This document shows, in pieces, positions 11,062 to 26,100 of a DNA stretch of 64,000 bases. Position numbers and translations under genes: made by a program. Numbering within the stretch: the first letter of the stretch is position 1; each line of letters starts with the position of its first letter. The notes under the pieces were generated by a model. That model was not told the origin of the DNA. It did no database searches and saw only the letters and a list, made by a program, of their open reading frames with translations. The stretch comes from Owenia fusiformis (lineage: Eukaryota), in assembly GCA_903813345.2 (NCBI GenBank), contig CAIIXF020000001.1, positions 9,610,001 through 9,674,000 on the forward strand. The letters are read 5' to 3'.

Positions 11062-13284
11062 CTAGACAAGGAGAAAGACAAAGAGAGTGCCCATCTGATG
11101 TAAGAACCAGATGTAAACCATTAGGTAGTGAAGCCATTCTGTGTACAAAAACGAGATCAATCACGTTTTGGATCAGATGGCAAAGGCGAGTGTTGATATT
11201 CCGATGATATTCACCAAACAAAACAAAAATGGGCCCAGATTTCCTTTTGAACACAGAATGTAGCTCTAGTAATGCATCTAATGCAAAAACATCTGGATAA
11301 GATAGAGAGTTCCAAATATTCAAATGGTGCTACAGGAGAATGGGACTTTAAATGGACAGTAAGCTTTACATAATTCATTTCAAAATGTTTCATGATGAGA
11401 AATTGTTCACTAATTCTTAAAAATATAATTTTTCCTAGAAATGTGAATCTTGTGAATTGGTTTTGGAATCTTGTGCATGTACAACATCATGACAGTTACG
11501 TTTGATGTGTAATGTCTACAATTTAAGTCTGCCATTAGTGTTTTGTATTAAGGACTGGATTGTACAACTACTAGCCAACCATCCTTAGTGTAATGTAGTG
11601 ACATATATATTGAGCCAACGCCTGCTGTGAAGAGTTTTGTAAAAACTGAAGCTTGTTATTTATAAGTTAACTCAATAAGGGCAGGAGGGCGGGTGTATTT
11701 AGATCAACTTAAAGATCACATTAACACTGGAGCCAATATTTAATGTAGAAAAACTTAAAATGTCACCAAATGCAAACACATATCAATGTATTTATTGTAT
11801 TTTGCTATTTTAAACTTTGTGTCTTTTATATAGCATACAAGACTTGTAAGCATGTAAGTTTTTAATATTTATGGCTCAAAATACTTAACAACAATACTGA
11901 ACTGAAGGACTGCTTCAAATTTGCTCAAGCAGATATGCAACGCCAGAAAACCTGAATGTCTAAAATGGTGCCTTATTAAGCTGAAGGAAATTCAAGTAAA
12001 ACGGTTTTCTACTATAAACATAGAGGCAAAGTATAGACATTAGACATATGTATTTTGCCAAAAAAAACATTTGTTCAGAAGAAGATTCTCTATCTCCTGA
12101 TCAAGGACAGTTCCACTGCAGTAAAACCACAGGCTCACACACAATTCACCATAGTTACCAATTTATTGTTTGTATTTTAAAATACATAGTCTTACATGTA
12201 ATATGGGAATTGTGCAAAGAGAACTCAAAAGGTCACATTACACTATATAGCAATAATTAGAGCATAACTTCTAGGCATATTAGATAGGACATAATTGTAA
12301 ATTACATAATCAAATACCGCAATGAAATGTAATTTAACATATCTGATTTTTATTTCACAACTAAGAGAATGTATTGAAAATGGATCAAAGTCCAATTTTC
12401 TCAGTCTTATTTTGTATTTTATCTTTTCAAGCTGTTGTATGACCTCATTTAAAAGGCCAGTTTCGACGACTAAGATGTACTTTTGTTATATTAAGTATAC
12501 ATGCATGCATTATGTTACCCACAAAAGGTGGCCAAACTGCTGAAACAGAATGTAAACTCTAGAGATACCATTTCACAAATTATTATATAGCTGTATAACA
12601 ATTACATATTATTTGAATATTTAACCTGTTAGTGTTTGAACGTTTATCACGTGTGCCTTGCACTGTAATTGTACTGTATTGTTCCGTTGGACTTACATAA
12701 TACTGATAGAAATGAATTGTGTTTTAATTTTTTTCTATGCAGTCTGTATGACGCTGCACTGAACTCTACTATCAGGGGTTTTATATACTGCTGAATCTTA
12801 CAATGTTATATTTTATGAAAATCTGTAAATAAGTGAATGGAAAAATATTTGTTATTTAAAATGCAGTCATTCATCAAAACAAATGTTGATTTTTCTATGT
12901 AAATTTTGGTCATTATTCATGACTTTGTAAATATTTGAAAATATGTATATTTTGCTTTCGGGAAGGAGAATTTATTTATAATACTTATAGATAGATAAAA
13001 TAACGTAATATCAATAATCAATATCATTCCAGATTTAAGCCTTCTATATTCCCTTAGGAAATTGTATTTACATTGTAACTACATTCCAGTTAAACAATAT
13101 CTTATTGTATCTACTGTAAACATGTTTGTAAACCTTACAATGATGTTTTTAATAAAGAAGAATTTAAAATTCACAATGTTTTTATTGTTTATATTGTTAG
13201 TATAAATCTAAAGAGTTTTAGGGTTGGTATCTGGTATTAGTGGTTGTGTGTTACAGTTTTATTGCACTCTGGCGAAATACAATG

Positions 13285-13443
13285 CAAGGCATTAACAAGC
13301 AAAATGTCCCAACCTGCCATCTGTTACAGATTCTGAATGCCAAACACCAAACAACAACTGGTGAATACTGAACATCAATTGCCGAACACTATCCACAAAA
13401 AGTTGGAGACTTTAACATTGTCACCACTTTAAATGGTGACATA
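13285..13443 (+). mobile_element. Short Helentron/HINE-like interspersed repeat; related copies at ~16890-17041, 22596-22695, 24445-24565, 28229-28610, 35318-35420, 38923-39040
   Basis: Shared CAAGGCATTAACATGCAAAATGTCACCACCTGCCATTTGTTACAGATG start and a 3' hairpin GTCACCAC..GTGGTGAC followed by A-rich sequence. Confidence 0.6.
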
Positions 13444-14696
13444 ATTATAATAGAAATTAATGAAATATGCACAAGCAAGGCTAAATATGCACCAGCAAGG
13501 CTAAATGTGCACCAGCAAGGCTTTAGCATTTTTATGTGAATCACTCCACTTTAAAGTACTGTATGCTCATTTTTGATGTTCATGATTTTGAAATAGATGA
13601 GAGTTTAAAAAAGTAATTCAGTTCATATATCATTTTTGGTGTTCATTTTCGGTGAATTATGACTCACACTTTAACCTAAAGTATTTTATGTTTAGCCCAT
13701 CATGCTTCAAGTAGTTTAAACATGCAAAAGTTCATTTTTACAATAAACAACCCTCACTGAGTTTAGAATATTGGTCCTAATTATTCATAAAATGAAACAT
13801 TGCAGATGTATGAAACTCTATGAGGAATGGTTGTAAAATGTTTTTAATTCACAACAAAAATAAAAGGAGTGTAACTATTTCAATGAAATTAAACAAATTG
13901 TTTATAAAGTTAAAATATAAATCATGACGTCAATATTAGTCAATAATTTTCAAAATTCAAGAGAAAAGTACTTTTAACATGTAATATACCAATACAATAT
14001 ACCGTATGTTTTATACTTTATATAATCAATGACGTTTTTATTGAAGTTTATATGACAATACGCGGACATTGACTTTGGCACTTCCTCACGCATTGCTTTA
14101 GAGATAAGCTTGCATGATTTGTAACAACATTCTAGTTTAGGTCAATGGACCTTTTAATTTAATTGATTCTTCAAGAATATTTCAACAAGTTTATTGGAAC
14201 ATACGCATGATATATTTCGTCATATTACTTTTATGTATTTTTTATTATTGATAATGACAAGGAGTGGTAATTTCCAGTTACAATACAATACAATTTTCAA
14301 TATTTTTAATTCAAAATCAATATTCTTGGTAAATAAAATATTTACAAAAACATGAGAGGAACGTTTGTCAACATCATACATGCATATGATTGGGGAGTAA
14401 AATTGGAACATTCCTCCACAAGTGAGTCACACCAATCCAAATTCACTAGGGAACAGAGATAGTGTGCTGCAGGTATAAATCAGTCATCCACTTCATATCT
14501 CTGATATGACACCATAAAGAGTACAGACTAAGCGCCCTGGCAAAACAAGAAATGAGGCGGATGAAATCCAAGGTGTGTCTGGTGTGTAATTTTAAGTACG
14601 CAGCATCTTTTTTTTGGAAAAGCAGATAAATATTTGTTCTTTTTACACTAGGGCACTAGTAGTCAGAATGATGGCCCAAAAGTACTTTTTAATGTA

Positions 14697-15261
14697 CAGT
14701 TACGACATATTGATGAATTTGGTACTGTTGGGAAGTTTACAGTGCCTGGATTTGAGATTCACTTCTTAGTAATAATGAAAAGTGGGCCGAATGTGTCTAA
14801 AATGCCTGTTGCGATAGTAACTATGTAAATATGGTGCTAATATGCAAATATTGGTTACTATGGAAACAGCCGTTTTTCATATTTTACCATTTAAATGTAT
14901 CTAAATAGATCTTAAGTCAAGGCAAATAATGCAATACACATAAATAATGGTATAACTATATACTTGATATTATATAAATGTATCTTAAAAAAACAAAATA
15001 TTGTCACATTGAAAAGTTATGACATCACAATTAATATGCAAATGAGCTGATTGCATAAATTTTATTATATCTGATTCTAGAATGCACAAGCTTTAATAAT
15101 TTGATATCTTTATCATTACGATCGGAGTAATATTAAGAGTTATCCGCTAACTGCATTTTTGCTTATTGACATCATTTTTTATTTAGAAATGGGCAATGGC
15201 TAACAAGTGGATTTCGAAAACAGGCATCAATGGTACCAAATTCGTCAATATGTTGTAACTG
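14697..15261. mobile_element. Tc1/mariner-type MITE
   Basis: ~29-bp TIR CAGTTACGACATATTGATGAATTTGGTAC / GTACCAAATTCGTCAATATGTTGTAACTG flanked by TA on both sides. Confidence 0.75.
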
Positions 15262-17178
15262 TACATTACACTTCATTTACTTACATCCCATTCTGTCACT
15301 CAACTTGGGTTGTTAGTTAAGCTGTCATGACAACCTAGGAGTACCTGAGACATCAGAGACAATCAACAATTACAATATGATTACATCCTCAAGGCAACAT
15401 GAAGAGAAAGTCTTTGATGGCACTCCATGGTTATCATTTACCATAGTAATCATTTACATAAAGTTTGATAAAGTATGGAATGAGAAACATACTTCAAATA
15501 TCTCAATTCTCGTAATAAATAGATAAATATACATAGGAATGTTATCAGTGTATTTTTCATCAAAAACAGAAAATATTATTTTTTTATATTTTTATATTTT
15601 ACAATGTCTGTACAAAACAGTTTCAAGTTGATGTAAATAGTGTAATGTCATGATTCAGTTCTATGGGCTGATTTGTGAAATACCATATTCATATTTTTAT
15701 CTCTAGGAGTACATTGTACTGTCTACTCGAGATTTATAAGTACAACATGTACTATCTAGTACTCTACATGCCAACACACTCAAATCCAGAGAACATTTCA
15801 GAGTCACCTGCTGTCCTACAATGGTAGCTTTAACATTGCCATGTGTGTCTATATATTAACATTGGCAATTTGATGCGATGTATACATTTAGAGATTGGTT
15901 GAAATAAAATTGAACTATAAAAAATATTTTTAGTAATAATCTATGTTAATTAGTTTCAAATATTGCCCTTTGTGCACTCTGACAATCGGGACTTAAAAAA
16001 GAGTGGTTAATTATTAACCGATTGACCTTATGACCAGCACTTGCGATTGCTTTAATGTACACAGCCTCTTAACATTTCACATTCCATTTATTCAGAAAGT
16101 ATAACAAAGAATAGTGGGTGTAAAGTGTTGAAAGCTATCATTTCAAAAATCATATCAATTAGACTAAATGTTTTCCAGAGCATTTTCATGAAAAAAGTCA
16201 GAGCTTTCAGAAAACAGATATGACATGGAATGTTGAGCAAAAAGTATAATTGCAAAAGTGTTACTCATCACTGATCTTTGTTGCACTTTTAATATAAAAT
16301 TGCATTTAATACAAAACAGCATTGGGACATGTCTACATAATACATCTACTGACATATGTAAAAACATATAAATTCATTTCCCTATATGTCTCTGGTAAAA
16401 TTCTATTAAACAATTTGTGAAAATATAAATTCCAAAACAGATCAATATCAGCCATGTCCAAAGTTTAATTAATTTGGAGTTTGGGGTAAATATTGATCAA
16501 TATATTATTTCTTGACATGGGGGGTATGTACTCGGTAGACAATGTCGTTTGGCAAACATTGATGCATTACCTTAAATAACTGAAAAATTTGCTATCCAAC
16601 TGGGAAAATTCAACAAATCAAATGCATTGTGTAGCAAAGTAGTTAGATATGAACACACTTCATCATACTGAGTGTGATCTCTCTGTTCATCTTTTTAAAC
16701 TTATATAAACCTTTTAGCCTGCATGCCTGTGGTGTTAAAGTCATCAGTATGACTCTTGCCAACACCTGCTATTGCGTAGTATAACAGGATCACAGTTTCT
16801 AGCTTTTAACTTGCGGTCACTCAAAGTAAATTGATCAATCACAAATTGGCACAATTCCCAATATATAAAACACCGTGGCAATGACTAAAATGGCATTAAC
16901 AAAAATGACAAAATGAACACTGACCCTGAATGCTGATGGCATAGCGCTGAACACTGTTCACAAAAGTTGGAGACTATAACAATATTTCACCACTTCTAGT
17001 GGTGACAAAACAATATTTCACCACTTCTAGTGGTGACATAAAAATTAGTCAATATTACCATGGACATAAGTAGCTCAAGTCCACAGTAATCATCTAAACA
17101 GATGTCACATAAGGTCATATAAATGAATTTTGCCAGCAAAATAGACAGTATTGTTTAATATATAAATTACACATTAGA

Positions 17179-20100
17179 TTATATGACTTGGAAATCAGGG
17201 GAACTGGGAGGTGACAGTCTCTGGCTTGTACCTACAGGCGTACTTGTCCCAGAACTTATATTCTCTGATTTTTTATCTGTGTCGCTCAGTTTGTGCTTAT
17301 CATGTTTATGCTTATGCTTTTTGTGTTTCTTATGCTTGTCTTTCCTTTTCTTTTTCTTATGATGTTTTGAACTAGAGCTATCATGTTTATCAGGGTGGTG
17401 GGAATCTTGGCTGGATTTTTCAGATTTTATTCGCTGCGATTCAGTGAAGCTTGATCTACTGTCATCATCCATAATTATGACCTCTTCTTGGATATCTGAA
17501 ATAGGAAGTGGGTCAATAGGTTACGATAATTATATTTCTATTCTCAAACTCAGACTTATACTGTGTACTATATTCATTACACAACAGTTTTATATCAAAT
17601 GAGTTTCTGTATAACAGCAGTTCTTGACATTACTTATAAATACCATTTTCATATTCTCTCTTAATGAGTGCAAATTGTGGTTTCCAAATTGAAAGTTAGA
17701 AGGGTGAGATATTGGAGAGATTCCATGCACAGATACAAAAAATTTAGAACAGAATATTGCAGATTATCTTTTAAGTTGTTATCATTAAGGTTTACATAAT
17801 CTACATCTCTTGTATTTCTTTCTCTGCATTCAATAAAATATAATCATCAATCAATATCTTGTATTTAATAATAATCGAAACTAAAGCATTAAGTTTTCAT
17901 TTTTTGAGACCATATTCAACGTAAAAATCACATCATGTGCACTCATTGGAACTATGCGCTCATTAGAGAGAAGACTGTATGCATATTACTGTAACATCAA
18001 CCTCTTCAACTGACCACAGGCTGGAATCTAGAGTGGGGAAGATCTTTCCTATATTTGATGTCATTATGGGTGGGTAGGGCTTGTTTATAATAGAATCAAG
18101 ACTGTAGAAGATCTTACCTATATTTGATGTCATTTTGGGTGGGTATAGGGCTTGTTTATAATGGAATCTAGACTGTAGAAGATCCTTCCTATATTTGATG
18201 TCATTATGGGTGGGTGGGGCTTGTTTATAATGGAATCTAGACTGTAGCAGATCTTACCTATATTTGATGTCATTATGGGTAGGTGGGGCTTGTTTATAAT
18301 GGAATCTAGACTGTAGAAGATCTTACCTATATTTGATGTCATTATGGGTGAGTAGGGCTTGTTTATAATGGAATCTACACTGTAGAAGATCTTACCTAAA
18401 TTTGATGTCATTATGGGTGGGTAGGGCTTGTTTATAATGGAATCTAGACTGTAGAAGATCTTACCTATATTTGATATCATTATGGGTGGGTAGGGCTTGT
18501 TTAAAATGGAATCTAGACTGTGGAAGATCTTACCTATATTTGATGTCATTATGGGTAGGTGGGGCTTGTTTATAATGGAATCTAGACTGTAGATCTTACC
18601 GATATTTGATGTTATTATGGGTGGGTAGGGCTTGTTTATAATGGAATCTAGACTGTAGAAGATCTTACCGATATTTGATGTCATTATGGGTGGGTAGGGC
18701 TTGTTTATAATGGAATCTAGACTGTAGAAGATCTTACCTATATTTGATGTCATTACGGGTGGGTAGGGCTTGTTTATAATGGAATCTAGACTGTAGAAGA
18801 TCTTACCTATATTTGATGTCATTACGGGTGGGTAGGGCTTGTTTATAATGGAATCTAGACTGTAGAAGATCTTACCTATATTTGATGTCATTATGGGTGG
18901 GTAGGGCTTGTTTAAAATGGAATCTAGACTGTGGAAGATCTTACCTATATTTGATGTCATTATGGGTGGGTAGGGCTCATTTATAATGGAATCTAGACTG
19001 TAGAAGATCTTACCTATATTTGATGTCATTATGGGAGGAGAGACAAGTGGAAGTCCAGCAGGGATGGGAGGTGATTTCTGCTCAAACATAGGAGGCATAA
19101 TCTCACTCACCTATAAAGCAAAGTTCATCATTAAAATGAAATCATAATTATGATTTGCTCTGAAAGTTGCATGTATGGTATAAGCAAGATGTAAAACTAT
19201 CACCTCAGTAATTTCAGTTGCATCCTGATTCCATTCATAGATTGATATTGTATACCCTGTACACATTTTAACATGTCACAAGATAAAGAATCCCTCGTTT
19301 ATTGTTTTGTATTGTAAGGAACCCCAAGAAATTTCTTGTTGATGAACTACTATTTTAACCTTTTGAATCCCAGGCTCTAAAATCAGTTTGAAACAGAGGA
19401 TTTTCATATTTCAAGGTTTAAACATGGAAATCTAAAAATGGGAGGTATTCAGATAAGAGAGATCTTCAAATATACAGTTTTTACTATAACTTACCCCAGC
19501 AAACTTCATGTACTCTGAAGCAAATCCAGTAGGGGGAGACTTGAGTGGTGACGAGTCTGGGCTAGAGAGTCTAAGAGGAGCTCTATCCATATTAACATCC
19601 TACAATAATACATTCTTTATATACAACATTCCGAGCTACATGTACACTGTAAATCAAGAACAATCAAACTTGTAGGTCATATATTTATCACATAAAATCA
19701 GAACATAAAAGATATGAAGTCAAAATTAAGATATCAGTCTATTTATATCAGTGCAACAATGTAAATGATCTCCAAAAGGCTTTGATTTAAAACTGGTTGT
19801 CATAGTAACTGCTTAATAAAAAATTTTCAATGGATATTGTCTCAAATATTAGTCATTTACAAATCTGTATATCTTCCTCTATAATGTACAAGTCTACCAA
19901 ATTTCATTCTGCTTAACTGAGGGGAGGGGTCGAACTGTATTTTTGGTGAATTTATTTGCATAACTATTCAAAACACTGATTTAGATAGTTAAATGTTGTA
20001 CTGTAGAGGGCGACTGAACACAAGACTCTGCAGTTATTTTAGTTCCGATAAGCTTTCCGTATAAAAACAATATGGCGGCTCTAGGTGAGTCAAATGGATC

Positions 20101-23100
20101 AGTCAATTTTTAAGAAATAAGGGGAGTTTTGTAAGATCCAGTTTATTGAAAGTGTCTTTGAGATAAAGTAATCCATTTATAATGATTCTGAAAACATTAT
20201 TGAGAGAGTATACTTATGCTATATAACAGTTAGAGGTGTTGACACAACGACCTCAAGCCTGTGAACCCTTGAGAATTATTCCGGAATTGGGCCTTTTATA
20301 CTAAACAGTGAGCAACACCTGAAACAAGGGTTCAATTTGCTTAACAATATGCGTCACCCTTTAATGATGTACATCAACACAATATTTTACCTTAAATGAG
20401 AAAGCACTCATATCATCTTGATGCGATTGAGATTCTCCAGGGGGTGGGGGTCGTTGCACAGGTGAGAGAGGGGAGCTTGCACGTCTCTTAATGCCACTTC
20501 TAACAGGAGAAGTCTCCCTGTAAGGACTGTATCTTCCACCTAAATCTTCCAGAAGCTCCTCCTGTAAACAATTTAACAAAGCATTGTTTGAACTAGCAAA
20601 ACAACAATTCCCCAGAGTGGCAAATCCCACTGAATGAAACATATTTCATGACAGAAAAAAATAGAGTAAGTAAGTAAGTAAGTAAGTAAGTAAGGTATTT
20701 ATTAGAGTCTCACGCTGTACAATTTAAAATACATGTTGATACAATTGATTAAAACAACAGCTCAGCCGGTCCAGCTTATGAGAGACTTAAAGATCGAATA
20801 GTTCTATGAGTATAAAATAGACATAAGTATGGTCTCAAAATCAAAACCTATTACATGATGTTACACCATATTAGAAATTATTGCTCGTCTAAGAGAGGTC
20901 CTATGGCTCGTAACTTCATATGGCACAGGCCCGTAGCCAGGGGGGGTTCGCAGGGTTCGGACGAACCCCCCCCTGGCCAAAAATTCTTTCAAAATCATGC
21001 AGTTTTTCACCATTTTGAGCACTTCTCAAGTGATTTTAGCCATATTTGGGCAAAAATTGTCAAATGTGAACCCCCCCCTGGAAATTTTTGAAAACTGAAC
21101 CCCCCCTTGGCAAATCCTGGCTACGGGCCTGTGGCATTAGCCTATAAATAATGAAGATGTTATTATTAAGACCAATCATTGTTTTGATCAAGTGTGTGGG
21201 CTATTTTTAGTTGCTGATTGTTGCTTATTTGAAACAAGAGAGTGATTGCAATAGCTCACCATTTGAGCTAAAAAGAGACATCATAAAAGACATCTTCCTG
21301 TAGAAGTTTTACATTTTAGAATCATACTAATATTAATTAAAGGCTAGATATAAACAGAACATACCTCAGATGCCTCCAATAAACTTGCATTCATTTGAGT
21401 TGTTTTCTTCTTCAGATTCAATACCATTACATTCTGTAACAAAATAAAGTAAATGAAATAAATCTGTTAAAAAAACGCATTTCCAATGGAATATATTTGC
21501 GAAAATACAGCCACCAATTCATACCGTTTTATCATCCAGGGATTTTCAGACAATTTATAGTTCATAAAAACATGTTTAAAGTCTTGCTTCAAGACCCTGA
21601 CCCCCCTCCCTTTAACCATTTTACAACAGGTAGATGGGGGGTCCTGGGTCTTGAGGCAAGACTAACATGTTTACTTGATTTCTAGAGTTCAACAAAAAGG
21701 ATATTGTTACATGTATAGTCATTGCATCACTACAGGCCTATATACTCTATTATTGCCTACTTGAATTTCTTTGGAAATTTGATTTTTTCTGATATATTCA
21801 TTTATACTTGGTCATTTCTCGGTATTTCTTAGCTTTGTGAAGTGGGATGGGCGCTTATTAGAGAGTGGGCGCTAATTACAGAGCACACGGTACTTCATAC
21901 CTCAGGTATAGGGAGACATACAGGTCTATGTCTTCCATACAGTGTGTAGTAAAGGTCAGCTATGTCACATCTCAGTCTCGTGTCAGATGACACCTTAGCA
22001 CTGGAAAATAACAACTTTATATTATTTTGATAATACTGATAGTCATTATATTATCACGATTAATATAGTCGAAGTATAGTCTGAATTATTAATCCATTTC
22101 AAATATATATACATATATCAATTGGTAGATTTTTAAAGTGACTGGCATTATAGAGCTTACTTCATTAGTCCCCATAGTCTGTCAACCAGGTACTCTGTGT
22201 TCAGTTTGTGCTTCTTGTTGCGTGCAAATGGAGGCTTCTCAATCAGAAATCTCACGACACTATGTCTGAAAATGATTAAGTATTTTCCATAATTTTAATA
22301 CAATATACAATTGTAGACCTCTCTTGAGGTCAACTGGCATAACTTTTTTTTTTCAAAAGTAGCGGTCAACAGCACCTAGTATCGGTCAACAGTACATATT
22401 GTTGACCACTAATCAACCAATCAGAATTGAGTATTTCAACTGATCAAGGTGCTAACAATAAAACTTGTGGATGTGGTCACTCATGGATACCTCAAGACAG
22501 TGCACCACTTGGAACTGTTCTCATAAAAGAGGTTCATTTTACATAAGTTATTGAAGGTGTTATAATGACTGGTTTAATATTAGGCATTAACATTAAGGCA
22601 TTAACATGCAAAATGTCACCACCTGCCATTTGCAAAACACCGTCCACAAAAAGACACACTATAACAATACATCAACACTTCTGGTGGTGACATAAAAAGC
22701 AAAAAATGTGGTAATAGCAAGGTATAGTTTGAAAAATAATATCAAGAGCTTGGTTCATTTCATTTGGGTTTAAAAAAAATTTCTAAAATCAAATGCAAAA
22801 AATGATATTCAATGTATTTACACATATAAAGTTGTTCTTTGAGTTTCATTTACCACAGCTTGAAACATCATAAGGTAAATGATAGGATGTTACCTTATAT
22901 GGGGATCGGGATCATATTCTACAACATCTAATAGTTCTTGGAGCTCCTTCTCACTTTCCTCAACTGAAACACATCATTAATCAACATCAACATACCATGC
23001 TTTACTACCTTGCACAATCACATTTCTGATAATTTAGAAAAAGCAAATCAATGTCCACTTTAAAATAGCAAAAGCAAATGTTCCCACTGTCCAAATCTCA

Positions 23101-26100
23101 TAAAATTATTGCTTTCTAACAAATATAGACCAAACATACAGCGAATTTGGATCAATAGACTAGATGCGAGTAGAAATAATCTTGATTTACGTCATTAAAT
23201 ATTCAAAATTCAGTCAAAGTGATGTCATATTTGAAATCTACATGTAAAAGTACATCTAAATATATGGTTTCAAAAGTTGTTTATCAACTTTGACATTTTT
23301 TTTTTTAAATGTGACTTCTTGTTCGGGTTGATTCCCCATAGAGCCCATGTTACAAAATCACAAAAAGTGAAATTTTTTTTTTCTTGTATTGGACAGATAA
23401 TATTTTCTTTTACTGGACATATTTTAATTTGCATAACTATTAGATACATAAGGGTTATATGAAAATTGAACCACTAAAACAGATGTAATTTAAGTTAAAG
23501 GGAACTTTCTCCTATACTCGCCATGCTATCTGACCCGAACGAGCCACCTGGTAATGAAACTGGTAACTACCTACTCGCATCTGCGTTATTCTATCTGAGC
23601 TAATATAAAATATGTTTTGAAAATTAAGCAAATAACATTTACTCACCATGGACATAATCCACAACTGCCTTGAATGCCTCTAAACGAAGTAGTTTGAAGA
23701 TTCCTTTGTCTGTGTAGGCCTTGAAGATTGAGATATCACTGGGAAGGTGGCCAAATTTCTGCAACTTCCTCAAAGCCTTCAAACAACTGAAGTAAGAATG
23801 GTTATACCTTCAAGTTTAAATAAACTACTTTGGCTCATATTAGTCTTACCAAATGTTATCTAAATGTGATACGTGAAACTTTTTTTAAAATTTCAAGATG
23901 TGGTTTTGAAGGACTTTTGGTTCAAAAATGATGAATTTAGAGTAAATGAGTGATGAAAACATATTTTTAAACTATACACGAGGCCTTTAAGTCTACCAGT
24001 TGTTCTAAATGGTGGGGTAATAATCAAATTCAGCTTAACATTATTTATTGTAATATAATGATTCAATATTCCATTTTACCTGATAGAAACAACAAGACCA
24101 TAGCAAGGCAAGAGTTTCTCCAGATTGAGGCTCCGTACAACTTCTTCTACGATAGCACGAGTTTCACTTCCCAATGAATTAACACTGGGGCCTTGTCTGA
24201 AACATGGAGAAACTATTGAAAACAATGAACAAAATTCTATGCTAAGGGCTGATGTGAAAAAGTCAGTCCACCCATGTGGGGATCGAACCCTAGACTCCTA
24301 GCTTAAATCTGCCTGAGCTACTGGACTGGCTGACTTTTCTTCATCAATATTGCATATTGATAGCATTGTAGGCTTGTAGCCATGCCATACATCAAAATTT
24401 CTTACTTTTCACACTAAACAATAATTCTATGGAATATTTAATAACAGACAAAATGTTACCGCCTGCCATTTGTTACAGATGCCAAACACCAAGAAATGAA
24501 CTTCAACCACAAAATGTCATCAACAAAAAAGTTGGAGACTATAAAAATATAGGGTGGTAAAATAAAAAACATTATTTCAAGATATACATGATCTGGTATG
24601 AAGATATTCTTACCCAGGAAGTGCTAACATGGCCACTGCAGGGGTGATAGTATCAGCCAAGGAATCTATCAATGAAGCTTTGTAATAGTTGTCATCAAAC
24701 TGAAAGTTAAAACATTACATTGAAAACAAATTGTTCTTTTCATTGGTGCAGATCCACCAGGTTGCTGTCAAAAAGTAATTTAAGGCTCAGTTTGATAAAA
24801 TAAACCTGAATAAGGCGCATGAAAGAAACTATTGAAATCCTGATTATAAGATTCATGTAAATGTATCTCCACAACCAATAATGTGTAAACTTCGGCTTGA
24901 TTCTCCATATTCATGTAATAATGTATATGTTTTCATGTGATTCATATAAATATGGAAAAAATTAGATTGATGTCTAAGGAACTATACCTTCGTAGACAGT
25001 GATTGAAAAGCATTGAATGACGTTTGCTCTGAAATAACAATGTTTTTTCAAAGTACAAGGTGAAAAACTTGGCCACAAGCACTTTTTGGATTGGCACTCA
25101 GCATTTTGTCAATTGAATAAATGGGGCTGTTGGGAGTGGGTTCTGGGGGTTCAAGGGACCCCCCCCCCTTGGTCAAAAATTCTTTCAAAAAAGTGCAGTT
25201 TTCACCATTTTGAGTTTTGAGCACTTTTCTAGTGATATTGGGCAAAAGTGTCAAAAGTGAACCCCCTTGGAATTTTTCGAAAACTCAACCCCCTTGACAA
25301 AGGTGGCCATGGGCCTTGAATGATACTGAATCAGATATGCCAGGGTTTTGGCATACAGTATTTGCAGTTTGCATGAATGAAATGAAGTGTTGACCTACCT
25401 TATTTTTGCCATTATCATTATATTTGACAAGGTCAAGAATAAGCCTAACAACCTCAGGTGGGCAGATGTTGTGGACATTCCTCAATGATGCCATAGCAAC
25501 AGGTATACTCTATAAACCAAGGTTAAGATTATGACATTGTATTTTTACATTACGAAGTACTGTTCATTAAATGTGTTCAGTTAAAATACGTTTTTATTGG
25601 ATAATAATTTTTTAGTGAAAATTATTAGGAAAACAAAGAAACTCATTTTAAAATAAGAAAAAAAAAAGTAAAAGTATATTTACAATGTACATTAAAGAGA
25701 AAGCTGACTCACCTTTTGTATGTAGTACTGTTGAAAATGGGTGAAGTTATTGAGACGTACAATGTTCTTGTTAGCGTGGGATCCAAACATCTTTTGGAAG
25801 ATCTGTATCATAGCAGGTGGCCCAACCCAGTTGATGGACATAGCATTGGCTACCTACAAATGAAAAAACATGTGCATTTCCTAGATGTATAAACTTTACT
25901 CAGGTAATACATTTACAATTTTGGGAATATTGGTTAGCCATAATATAACCTCTTAGAATGTTGATACCTCCAGATTTTGATCTTGTGCAACTTATAAATA
26001 AATAAGAAAATATCTATATATAATATTGTGCATGGTACTGTACCTTAGCTAGACATTTAGCTGCAGACTGTCGCACCCTGTAGAAGCATTGCTCATTCTC

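Noticed and set aside
18130-19110. 326-aa repeat ORF as a standalone gene
   Set aside because: It starts at a TAF2 exon acceptor and is read-through of exon 30 into the minisatellite
24270-24330. Functional tRNA gene
   Set aside because: D and anticodon arms are truncated; a full cloverleaf cannot be drawn
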